From: Podarcis bocagei
Taxonomy: Eukaryota
NCBI GenBank assembly: GCA_964188305.1
Contig: OZ076896.1
Strand: one strand, 5' to 3'
DNA length: 64,000 nucleotides
A model generated the notes under the pieces. The model saw only the letters and a program-made list of their open reading frames with translations, was not told the origin of the DNA and made no database searches. A program made the position numbers and the translations under genes. Position 1 is the stretch's first letter; each line of letters begins with the position of its first letter. This document shows, piece by piece, positions 63,515-64,000 of this stretch.

Positions 63515-64000
63515 TACTACCAAATGTTGGGGAGCCAAACAACAAAGGATACTGATCACCGCCATCACCCTGCTTGTGACGGGCAAGTATCTGAAACAGA
63601 ACACTGGACTAGACAGGCAGTTCGTATAGAATAAAATGCTGAGCATTAAAAAAAAAATACACTCTCTCTCCAGCATCAACTTTTTAAGGCACTAATTGGA
63701 AAGGCTCTCACTGATTTGAACTACATTGCTTCTGGATATCAACCTAGAGGTGTTATCAAGCAGGTTGTAATGAACACTCAGAATACCAATATGCTTGTTT
63801 TGCATGCAAAATATACTAAGCCATAAAGCTCACTATTGAAAAATTATGCATCATGACAACACTATTTGGGACAATACCATAGCAAAGAATGCTGCAAGCC
63901 AAATCTCTTTCAAAGGGTTTCAAGAAAAATGAATGTTGATCCGTATGCTTTGTGTCAGCAACACAAAGTTAATTTGCATCTCTCTGTGGAGTTAAGAGCA

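Overview
Vertebrate genomic DNA, most likely a lacertid lizard, inferred from Sauria/Squam1 and Squam3 SINEs plus BovB, L2, CR1 and L1 LINE fragments. The minus strand carries the 3' 18 coding exons of MAN2A1 (Golgi alpha-mannosidase II, GH38) from 60869 to the TGA at 22412. All introns are GT-AG and the frame is continuous (2746 coding nt). These correspond to exons 5-22 by my recollection of the human gene; the 5' exons lie beyond the right edge. Positions 1-20 kb are repeat-rich downstream sequence. Best leads: (1) a 541-bp hAT element with a perfect 8-bp TSD whose interior looks like a captured CpG-island 5'UTR/first exon resembling RANBP9; (2) phase-matched candidate cassette exons in MAN2A1 intron 12, one with two donors giving either an in-frame insert or a stop-containing poison form; (3) a complete 1.84-kb L1-mobilised element with a 175-aa ORF but no RT; (4) a MITE family carrying variable arrays of GC-rich hairpins. 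No database searches were run, so family and gene names come from recognition only.
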